A stretch of DNA of 64,000 nucleotides from Candidatus Marinacidobacterales bacterium (GTDB taxonomy: Bacteria; Acidobacteriota; Vicinamibacteria; Marinacidobacterales; SMYC01): assembly GCA_965237955.1 (NCBI GenBank), contig OZ250169.1:1184001-1248000 (forward strand). Reading direction: 5' to 3'. Below the pieces are notes generated by a model. The model was not told the DNA's origin and made no database searches. It saw only the letters and a list, made by a program, of their open reading frames with translations. The translations under genes were made by a program, and so were the position numbers. Of the stretch, positions 43,197 through 52,180 are shown in pieces; within the stretch, counting starts at the first letter, position 1; the number at the start of each line of letters is the position of its first letter.

Positions 43197-43937
43197 ATGA
43201 AACTCGACCGAAGAGCGTTCCTGGCATCCAGTGCCGCGGGCTTGGCCGCCGCTTCTCGCCCGTTGAAGGTTTCGGCCGACGATGATCCTCTCGGCGTACG
43301 GAAGGACTTTCCCGCTGCTACGAACTGCACATACCTCAACACTCCGTTCATCTCGCCGCCACCTCGCTCGGTCGAGGAGGCGGGTGTTGCGTTCCTGCGC
43401 GCAAAGACGACCGCTCGCCGCACCCACGGCTCCATGTTCGAGACAACCGATGAAGCGCGCGGCCTGTTCGCATCGCTCTTTGGCGCCAAAACCGAGGAAG
43501 TCGCGTTTCTCTTTACCACCAGTGAAGGTGAGAACATCGTGGCGGCAGAGTTTCGTCTCCACGAAACGGCGAGGAAGTACGAGTACGCGACGGTCACCTT
43601 TGGTTCGCTCTATCAGCTGGTTGCAGGACTGAAGTACCTGACCGATGTCGGTCTCGAGAGCATCGAGGCTCATACGGTGGGTCTGGCGTCCTATATGCGA
43701 GCCGGACTCGTTGACCAGGGCCTCAAGGTGCGCACTCCGGAGGGAAACGCCTCCGCCATCGTGTCCTTTTACCACGGCGCGGACCCGAAGGCGGCGCGGT
43801 CGCTCTTCGAGAAAGAGAACATCGCGGTCGGCTTTCGCGAGAACGGCACCGGGATACGGGCCGGCGCGGCGCTCTTCAACACCAAGTCGGATATCGACCA
43901 CTTGCTGGCAACGACGAAGACCCTCGCACCTGCATGA
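43197..43937 (+). pseudogene. Tat-exported class V aminotransferase paralog with large in-frame deletion
   Basis: Colinear with 16793-18070 but lacks the DAVQ and HKW (PLP lysine) region. Confidence 0.8.
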
Positions 43938-43957
43938 AACGCTACGCTGCCTACGAT

Positions 43958-44125
43958 CCCGTCTGGTTAAAATACTCGAATGCCCAGTGGGTCAGCACGT
44001 TCGAAGCGCCCCCATCGCTCGCAGCCGTTTGAAACCGACGCCCTGGTCGGGTACCTACTCCAGTTCTTCGGGAGGAGACACGATGGACTGGAAGACAATG
44101 CTGGTCTACATCACGGGATCGGTTT
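43958..44125 (+). mobile_element. Left-end remnant of the integrase-core element (second copy)
   Basis: Near-identical to 36073-36236. Confidence 0.8.
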
Positions 44126-44260
44126 TCCAGCACGCTCGAAGGCTCCGCCACCGTCACCTCGCCGTTGACCCCCTTGAATACGTGTGGTGCTTACATGAGT
44201 GGGGTTCTCGGCATTTCGGCGACGATGTCCACTCGAAAAGTCTTCAAGACATGCCTCGCG

Positions 44261-45574
44261 CTAATTGCGCCGGAAGACAATTCCGTCCTTCATGACGAAG
44301 GACACAAGCTTCAGGGCCTGGATGTCCTCGAGGGGGTTCTCCGGCGTACCTATGAGGTCTGCCGCCATGCCGGGTCGGATGCCGCCACGCTGGTCCTCCA
44401 CGCCGAGCAACCGCGCCGGCTTGGTGGTCATGGCCTGCAAGATTTCATTGGGCGGGATCCCGGCTGCGGCCCAGGTGTCGATGGCCCAGATGCTGACTTG
44501 CCCGCGCGAGAATCCGGGGGTACGCCTTAGGATATCAGAACCATACACCATCTCGACCCCGATGCGATGAGCTCGTTTCAAACGATCAAGGTCCCTCTCG
44601 TATACACTGAGGTGGCGTTCTATGTTGTAGCGGTCAGGTCCCAGCGCGTGTTCGGTGCCCACGAGAACGATTCCTTTTTGCTTGGCGAGCTCCAGCGCCT
44701 CATCGCTCATCGCGTAGCCGTGCTCGATGGAGGCGACACCCCCCTCGATAGCGAGACGCGCTCCCCGTTCGGTCACGGCATGGGCGGCCACCTTGACTCC
44801 CGCTGTTCGCGCTTCTTCCACCATGAACTGGATGTCCTCCACGGAGAAGACGTAATTGTAGTCATCGATGATGATCTTGATCCACGTCGCTCCGTAGTGG
44901 AGGTTCTGGCGGATGGCTTTTCTCATCTCATCGCGGGTGTCGGCGTAGAAATAGTCCTGCAACCCCACGTTGGGAAAGTCGGGGTTGACACGGAACTGCC
45001 CTCCGAAAACGGAGATCTCCTTGCCGGAAATGAAAAGCGTCGGACCGAGAACCCGGCCGATTTGCCCGGGAGAAGGTTTGGCGAAGTCAGCTACCTGGCC
45101 CATATCGGCAACCGGGGGAGCGCTGAGGAAACGTAAGAGCGCGGCGTCAGCCCAATTCCCGGCGTTTCCCAGATCGCGTATGGTCGTGAATCCGGCTTCC
45201 AGCATAGATTGGGCATTCAGCAGACTCAGGATGGCACGCTCGGCGGTGGGGACTTCGATGTTGTATAGGGTGAAGCCCCCCGTGTAGTAATCGAGGTACG
45301 CGATGCCAAGATGAGTGTGGCAGTCGAAGAGACCGGGAAGCACCGTCAGGGAAGACAGGTCGAGCTTTACCGCGCCGGCGGGGATCGTCGGATTCTCACC
45401 CACCTCACGGATCACCCCGTCCTCGATGACGAGGATCTGGTTCGACCGAGCCGTACCCGTCTCGGGATCGACGAGCTTGCCCGCGGTGATGACAGTCACT
45501 TGAGCCTCCGCGGCCGAGATCCAGAGGGCAAGGGAAGCGACGGTCGAGAATTTGAAGTAAGGTCGCAGCTTCAT
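44261..45574 (-). CDS. Secreted amidohydrolase (Xaa-Pro dipeptidase-like)
   Basis: ATG after GAGAGG; 'PGLFDCHTH', 'GFTTIRDLG', 'VAAHA', 'SIEHG', 'GSD', 'ADLI'. Confidence 0.9.
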   Translation of the reverse strand: MKLRPYFKFSTVASLALWISAAEAQVTVITAGKLVDPETGTARSNQILVIEDGVIREVGENPTIPAGAVKLDLSSLTVLPGLFDCHTHLGIAYLDYYTGGFTLYNIEVPTAERAILSLLNAQSMLEAGFTTIRDLGNAGNWADAALLRFLSAPPVADMGQVADFAKPSPGQIGRVLGPTLFISGKEISVFGGQFRVNPDFPNVGLQDYFYADTRDEMRKAIRQNLHYGATWIKIIIDDYNYVFSVEDIQFMVEEARTAGVKVAAHAVTERGARLAIEGGVASIEHGYAMSDEALELAKQKGIVLVGTEHALGPDRYNIERHLSVYERDLDRLKRAHRIGVEMVYGSDILRRTPGFSRGQVSIWAIDTWAAAGIPPNEILQAMTTKPARLLGVEDQRGGIRPGMAADLIGTPENPLEDIQALKLVSFVMKDGIVFRRN

Positions 45575-46004
45575 GTTCCTCTCCTTTTGAAGGGCAGCGT
45601 TCAGTATCCACAGGCACCAATGGGTTCGGACTATTGTATTTCCTAGATAACGTGATAGGAAATAGCGTTGTGCCTCCTCAATAATTGTCCGGTTTGAAAT
45701 CAGAGACTTACGCACGGCGGTCGCCCTACCCAGACCAGGCGATCGCCAGCTTGAGATCGGGGTCAAAGACGGGGAAACTCCGCCACCATGCTCCGTGTTC
45801 TTGTTTTGTGTCTCGGCGCGACCGTGCTCTACGGTTGGGTCCTCATGGTGTATCCGGTGCTGAGCGCGAGCGCCATTCGTGTGTCTGCCGCCATCCTTAT
45901 TAGTAGGCATCGGCGCGATCACGTGCGCCGTGCCGAGCCGGCTGCCGCCCGCCCCGATCGTGGACGAGCTTCTGGCGGCCTGGAGTAACAGTTGATGGCG
46001 GAAG

Positions 46005-46257
46005 CACCGCCATTTGACTCTTCGAGTCCATAGAGCGTAGCGATGTTCGGGTGGTTCAGCGAAGCCAGGACCTTTGCTTCTCGCTTGAATCGGGCTAGGC
46101 GTTCTTCGTTCTCAGCGAACTCCTCGGCCAAGACTTTGATCGCCACGTCCCGGCCGAGCTTGGAGTCCTTTGCCCTATAGACCTCTCCCATCCCGCCCTT
46201 ACCGATGGGCTCGAGGATCTCGTAGTGGGCGAGTTTGTGACCAGGTTAGAGTGACAC
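46005..46257 (-). pseudogene. Ser/Thr kinase N-terminal fragment
   Basis: 'HYEILEPIGKGGMGEVYRAKD...AIKVL...LNHPNI'; TAA at codon 4; truncated. Confidence 0.85.
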
Positions 46258-46463
46258 GACGTCGACGATGTTACGATGATGGTCGCCGGTCGGCAACTCA
46301 TGAAACCGTCAAGAATCGTCCAAAGCTGCTCGTGAGCTTTTGCAGCCCCGGCAACCCGTGCCGCTGTATGTATTCTTCTTTTTTTCTCCACGTCGACTCC
46401 CGTTGCTTGAAGCTTCCCGGCTGTCTACAATCTCTAGAACTCTTTCGCCGGTCACTAGGGGAG

Positions 46464-47550
46464 TGCCTTGGTGCACAACTCGCGATCTCGGTCCACAATT
46501 GTCCTTTACTCACGGATTCGAGGTTCCCCATGAGCATTTTCAAACGCACTCAGCGGAAGTATGTGAAGAAGGCCTATCGCGTGAGGAATTGGCGTGAATA
46601 TGAGGCGGGTCTACGCAACCGTGGGAGCCTGACCGTCTGGATCTCGCTCACCGCCGGCAAGCTTGTGAACTGGGACGCGCCCCGGCCGAGGAGGAGGAAC
46701 CCGGGCCGTCAACGCAAGTACTCGAACCACGCCATCGAGACGGCTGTCACCCTGGGCATGGTGTTTCATCTGTCATCTAGGCAGAGCGAGGGATTGCTGC
46801 GGTCGTTGTTCGCTCTGATGAAGCTAGACAATGATGTGCCCGATCACACCACGATCTCGAGGCGCAAGGCGAAGCTGGGTAAGGTCCCCTTCTACCAAGA
46901 CAAGCAGAAGACGCCGTTGCACATCTTGATCGACAGCAGCGGTCTCGCTGTCCACGCCGGCCAGCTGCGCAGAGCACCAAAGAGCAGGGACTATCGCAAG
47001 CTCCATCTGTGTGTCGACGAGCAGACTGGCGAAGTCGTCGCCGGCGAGCTGACGAGCAAAAGAGCCCGCGATTCATCGCGGGTTGCATCGCTTGTCGGAC
47101 AGATCGACAGTCCCATCTCATCGGCCAGAGCTGACACCGCATACGACGCCGGCGGCGTCTATGAGGCAATCGAGAATCACAGCGCTCATTGCTCGCCGAG
47201 GGTGCTGATACCGCCGCGCAAGGGCGCCCAGCTCGCATCGGGGCCGGCGAGCAGCCGACAGCGCAATCGCAACATTGCAGCACAAGCTCGGCTCGGCAAA
47301 CGAAAGTGGCACACAGAATCGGGCTACAGCAAACGGAGCAAAGTCGAGACAACGTTCCATCGCTACAAGGCTATCGTGGGCTCAGCGATGCGAGCGAGAG
47401 GGTTGGCGGCACAGAGAGTCGAGGCAAGGATCGGGTGCAAGATTCTCAACACGATGACGGCGCTCGGGATGCCTGATAGCGAGATGATCGGATGATGGGA
47501 GTCGGGGCCAAGCGAGCTCTCGGCCTCTATCGGAGTTGTGCACCAAGGCA
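46464..47550 (+). mobile_element. IS5/IS903-group full copy E, 1087 bp (transposase 46530-47495)
   Basis: Both TIRs; intact ORF; no DR. Confidence 0.95.
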
Positions 47551-48332
47551 TCGCCGAGCCACGAATCGTTTTCCCGGCGGAAGCGCGCCTCGCCAACGAT
47601 AGGCTCGTCTACCGCAACCTCGGGCATCATCTCGTGAACGAGCGAGCCTTCGATGGTATGGGTGAGACTCGCCTCCGCGAGCAACGGCGCAAACGACTCG
47701 ATCCGGATCGTGCCCGTCCCATACGAGGCGCCTTTCTCAACACGGAAGTCGGTGACTTCAGCGCTCGTGGGACCGATGCGCAATCGCGCGCTTACCGCAT
47801 CGAGGACAGGAAAGCGCTCGCGTGCGGTCAGACGAGCTCGTCCGGTAGCGAGACTCCCTTCCCAGGACCCATCGTGAGGAACCACGCGAGACTCGATGTC
47901 CTCGAGCTCGAGATCGCCGAAGATCAGGAGTCCGTCGGTGACCGCGACGGCGATGCCGAAGAGCCCGGTGGGCAATCGTAGCGGAGCTCCAGTCTCACTG
48001 TCCCCCGGACGGACGCGAACTTCCGGCGAACGAACCATGAGTGACGTCGTGCTCCAAGGACTGAAACTGAGGACGAGCTCGTCCACTCGAACCGATACAC
48101 CTTCGCCGGCAGAGGACCAGGCGAAGCCGAAGCCGCGAATCTCCCCAAGCCACAGGCGGTAGTCCAGGTGCTCGACACTCGAGCTACCGCCGAGACGATC
48201 ATCCAATGACTTGATGATGAACCGCCGCGCCGCGTCCTTGAACCTGGACGTGTGGACCAACAGGCCGATGAGACAAAGCGCAGCCAGGCAGTAGGCGAAC
48301 GCTTTGAGTAACGATCGACCCTTGGTTTTCAC
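47551..48332 (-). pseudogene. AsmA/TamB-like protein N-terminus truncated by IS
   Basis: N-terminal TM anchor, then beta-rich sequence running into the IS TIR. Confidence 0.55.
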
Positions 48333-48406
48333 AATGAGCTCCGTCGCGACGGGCGAAGCTCATTCTAGCGTGACGGCGGTAGCGTCACTGACATCGCCTT
48401 GCGGAT

Positions 48407-49858
48407 CTACAAATAGGGCGTCAGCAACCGCGCCGCGCCGTCGCGGAGACGGAGCGGAAGGCTCCGGCTTTCGACTTCTTTCCTTTCCAAGCGGCGCGCT
48501 TGGCGGATGCGTTCCATGACGAGCTCTCTCATACGCTTCGCGAGCTCACGGTCGTAGCATTCGACGTTGAACTCGAAGTTGAGCCTGAGGCTTCTCGGAT
48601 CCCAGTTCGTCGAACCGAACAGTACCCAGTAGTCATCCACGACCATCAGCTTGCTGTGATCGAAAGGTGTTTCCGGAGCAAGCCAAACGCGGACGCCGTG
48701 TCCGAGCACTTGCGCGATCTGGCCCCACATGGCCCAGGTGACGAGGTTGAGGTTCCCCTTCTCGGGAATCACGACGTCGACGTCGAGGCCGCTCAACGCG
48801 GCCGTATTGAGGGCGTAGACGAGCGGTTGATCAGGAAGGAAGTAGGGCGTGATGATGCGGATCGACCGTTCCGCGCACGCGATCGCACCCATGAGGGTGA
48901 AGTTCAAGACGTCGAGGTCAGCGTCGGGGCCGTCGAGAATGCCACGAGCGATGGTGTTCCCGGCCGGCTCGAGATCCGGATTCCACTTCGCGCCATCGAG
49001 CGACTCGCCGGTGGTGAACTCCCAATCCTCGGCGAAGGCATCCCGGAGGTGCGCGACAACGGGACCCTCGACGCGGAAGTGGAGATCCATCCCCGGGTGT
49101 TTCGGTCCGTTCGAGAGAACGAAGTCTTGGCGAATGTTCATCCCTCCGGTGAAACCGATGCGTCCATCGACGACCATGACCTTCCGATGGTTGCGCAAGT
49201 TGAACGAGGGCACACGTGTCGAGAACGTCGGCAGGAACGTGGCGACGGGCACGTCGCTCCGCCGGAGAAGCCGCGAGATCGGAGGGCGCGAGTAGCGCGA
49301 GCCCACGTGGTCGATGAGAACCCGTACTTCGACGCCGCGCTCTTTCGCGGCCTTGAGCGCTTCGAGAAACAACTTTCCCGCGGAGTCGTGATCAAAGATG
49401 TAGGTGAGAAGGACGACGGACTTTTCGGCGTTCCCAATCGCCTCTAGCATCGCTGGATATGCTTCGTCCCCGTTGACGAGTGGCTCCACGCAGTTGCCCG
49501 CCAGAAGCGTCCGCGAGGTGACGTTCCCGATGAGATGGGCGAGCTCGACGGCTTCGTCGTCCGCGTCGAGCAAGCTCGCGATGTCACCCGGAATCAGGCT
49601 GTCGCCGGGCCAGCGATCCTCCCTCTCCTCTTCGGCCTCACGCCTGAGGGCGACGGCGCGACGCCGGATGCGGTTGATGCCGATGAAGTAATAGAGGACG
49701 GATCCGATGACCGGCGCCAGAAGGATGAGACCGACCCACGCGATCGCCGCGCGCACTTCGTTCTTGAACAAGAGCGCATGGACGACAGCGACGGTTGCCG
49801 CGACGACGACGAGTGCCGACCCGGCTAGCAACAAATGCGACGCAACCCATTCGATCAT
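48407..49858 (-). CDS. cls: Cardiolipin synthase
   Basis: Two N-terminal TMs; HKD motifs 'NHRKVMVVDG' and 'HSKLMVVDD'. Confidence 0.93.
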   Translation of the reverse strand: MIEWVASHLLLAGSALVVVAATVAVVHALLFKNEVRAAIAWVGLILLAPVIGSVLYYFIGINRIRRRAVALRREAEEEREDRWPGDSLIPGDIASLLDADDEAVELAHLIGNVTSRTLLAGNCVEPLVNGDEAYPAMLEAIGNAEKSVVLLTYIFDHDSAGKLFLEALKAAKERGVEVRVLIDHVGSRYSRPPISRLLRRSDVPVATFLPTFSTRVPSFNLRNHRKVMVVDGRIGFTGGMNIRQDFVLSNGPKHPGMDLHFRVEGPVVAHLRDAFAEDWEFTTGESLDGAKWNPDLEPAGNTIARGILDGPDADLDVLNFTLMGAIACAERSIRIITPYFLPDQPLVYALNTAALSGLDVDVVIPEKGNLNLVTWAMWGQIAQVLGHGVRVWLAPETPFDHSKLMVVDDYWVLFGSTNWDPRSLRLNFEFNVECYDRELAKRMRELVMERIRQARRLERKEVESRSLPLRLRDGAARLLTPYL

Positions 49859-50096
49859 CGGCGAGAGGCATCAAGAATAGCATGGTGGTTGTTGTCATCC
49901 CCAGTGGACGTTTTCGTCCTCTCGCGGGTCCGTCGCACGGTGTAAATCGCACCATAACAGCAGGTTCCGCCGACCCGAAAGCACTGCGGCAACGTGATTT
50001 CCGGTTCTCAGGCCGCGCGTCACGTGTTGTGGCCCTGACTTTGCAGATGAGTTACCATGGGTAAGGATCAGGGCGATTCCCGCCCATCCGGGGCGC

Positions 50097-50915
50097 ATGA
50101 CGATAAAAACATTGCGGCATTGGATACGAAACTTGGCACCGTGGTGCTTGGCCCTCACGCTCGTCGGTTGCAGCGCGAGCCAGCAAACATCTGTGCCGAC
50201 GCCCCCAGAGCCCCCGACGTCGCCGTCGTCACCGACGGACACGGGGGAATTCGAAGCGACGCCTACCACGCCGTCCCCAGCAGAGGCGCCGTCCGCGGAA
50301 GCACCATCGCTTCCCGAGCCCGCCGGCGAATCAGGAGACGAGACCGACGCCGCAGGCGAAGAGGCCGAGGCCGGCGGTGAAGCGGAAGCTGAGGCCAGCG
50401 CAGAAGCATCTGCCGCGGACGCACCGGCCGGGGGTGCGGAAACTTCGGAAGAGCGACGGGCCGGGCTCGATGGCAAGCTCGATGAATCGCTTCGTGAGTT
50501 CGACGGTCTCATTCTCAAAGAACAAGAAATCCTCGATGAGCGCCGCGAAGAAACCGCTGCGAATGCAGGCGGTGGCGGTGGTCTCGCAAGTGCGGAAGGA
50601 AGCACCGGTGGCGGCGGCAGCACTGAAGACGCCGATGTCGATGTCGATGCCGCATCCCAGGAGCAACGGGGAGGCACGGGTGGATCGCCTGACGCTCCGC
50701 CCGAGGATTCCGCACCGGCCTCACCGGAAGCCACGATCGACGGTGACCCCACGGCAACAGACCTCAATGGTCGGGTTCCCGGGGATGTCGGCGACGGTCG
50801 CGATGACGACATCGTGGCTCGCCAGCTCCGCGAGGCGGCCATGCAGGAAAAGGATCCTGCGCTTCGCGAACGACTGTGGGACGAATACCGCACGTACAAG
50901 AGCGGCACTAAATAG
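50097..50915 (+). CDS. Acidic, largely disordered lipoprotein with helical C-terminal motif
   Basis: Lipobox LVGC; Pro/Glu/Ala/Gly-rich; C-term 'DDDIVARQLREAAMQEKDP.LRE.LW.EY..YK'. Confidence 0.8.
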   Translation: MTIKTLRHWIRNLAPWCLALTLVGCSASQQTSVPTPPEPPTSPSSPTDTGEFEATPTTPSPAEAPSAEAPSLPEPAGESGDETDAAGEEAEAGGEAEAEASAEASAADAPAGGAETSEERRAGLDGKLDESLREFDGLILKEQEILDERREETAANAGGGGGLASAEGSTGGGGSTEDADVDVDAASQEQRGGTGGSPDAPPEDSAPASPEATIDGDPTATDLNGRVPGDVGDGRDDDIVARQLREAAMQEKDPALRERLWDEYRTYKSGTK

Positions 50916-50931
50916 TAATGTGGAGGCAGCC

Positions 50932-52161
50932 ATGACGGCAACGAGTTGGGCTCGAGTGGTGACGGCATCGATTCTCGTCCTCGGACTCATCGCGACCTCC
51001 GCGCTGGCCGAAGACAAACCCGTCGAGCTCGTGCAAGCTCAAACGGAAGTGCCGGAGGAATTGCTGCTCGACGTCGGTATCCAGCTCTTCGACCCCGGGC
51101 TTCCCGACGACGAGTACGAACGCTACCTGCTCGAAGAGAAGGGTGTCTTCGCCGACGTGCGCAAATCCGAAGCGCGCTATTTCCCGCTACGCCTCAAACA
51201 AGCTCTGGAGACTTCGGGGTTTTGGGGCGCGGTTCGCCTCGTGCCATACTCTCACGTCGTCGACGTTCGTATCGGCGGCTTGATCTGGAAGTCCAACGGC
51301 AAGAAGCTGGAAGTCTTCATCAAGGTCGTCGACGCGACCGGCAAAGAGTGGCTCGACAAAGGCTATAAGGCTGAGGCCAACCGGCTGGCCTATTTGGACA
51401 AAGAGACCGACCGCGAGCCGTTCCAAGATCTCTACAACGAGATAGCGAACGATCTTCTCAAGGTGAGCAGAAAACTCGACGAGGAGGTCGTCGTCGAGAT
51501 CCGACGCATTACCGAGCTTCGGTTCGCGGACTACCTGGCGCCGACCGCGTTCGCGGACTACCTTGAGGCCAAGAAAACCAAGTACAAAATTGAACGGTTG
51601 CCTCCGTACGAGGATCCGATGATGCTCCGGCTCGCCGAGATCCGCGAGCGCGACTTCATGTTCGTCGACACCCTCAACGAGTACTACGCGGACTTCGACG
51701 CACAAATGAAAGAGCCCTACGACGGCTGGCGCGAGTTCAGCTATGAGGAGCAGGTCGCTCTCGATGAGCTGAACAAGAAGAAAAAGATGGAGATGATCGC
51801 GGGCATCGCCGCCGTCGTTGGAGGCGTTGTCGCGACCACCAACGGCGGACGCTGGGGTCACGGCGGAGGCCAAGTGGCCATTCTTGGCGGGATGGCAGCC
51901 ATCCAGGACAGCCTCCAGAAGGCCCAGGAAGCCGAGATGCACCGCGAGGGGCTTCGAGAGCTCGCCGCGTCGTTCGATTCCGAGATCACCCCCATCCTCC
52001 TCGATGTCGAGGGGGAGGTGTTGCGCCTCACCGGTTCCGTGGATACACAGTACGCAACATGGCGCCAACTTCTTCGTCACATTTTTGCAGCCGAGACGGG
52101 ACTGCCCTTGGACCCCAACGCCGCGCCGATTCCGGCGACGGAGGGTGAGTCCAAAAACTGA
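50932..52161 (+). CDS. Secreted uncharacterised protein with glycine-zipper-like segment
   Basis: GGAGG RBS; signal peptide ending ALA; 'IAGIAAVVGGVV...GGGQVAILGGMAAI'. Confidence 0.8.
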   Translation: MTATSWARVVTASILVLGLIATSALAEDKPVELVQAQTEVPEELLLDVGIQLFDPGLPDDEYERYLLEEKGVFADVRKSEARYFPLRLKQALETSGFWGAVRLVPYSHVVDVRIGGLIWKSNGKKLEVFIKVVDATGKEWLDKGYKAEANRLAYLDKETDREPFQDLYNEIANDLLKVSRKLDEEVVVEIRRITELRFADYLAPTAFADYLEAKKTKYKIERLPPYEDPMMLRLAEIRERDFMFVDTLNEYYADFDAQMKEPYDGWREFSYEEQVALDELNKKKKMEMIAGIAAVVGGVVATTNGGRWGHGGGQVAILGGMAAIQDSLQKAQEAEMHREGLRELAASFDSEITPILLDVEGEVLRLTGSVDTQYATWRQLLRHIFAAETGLPLDPNAAPIPATEGESKN

Positions 52162-52180
52162 CTCTCGGTTGGACCCGGCC

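Noticed and set aside
46170-46529. N-terminally extended transposase ORFs (also at 25043 and 25686)
   Set aside because: Read-through from flanking DNA across the TIR; the shared start is MSIFKR
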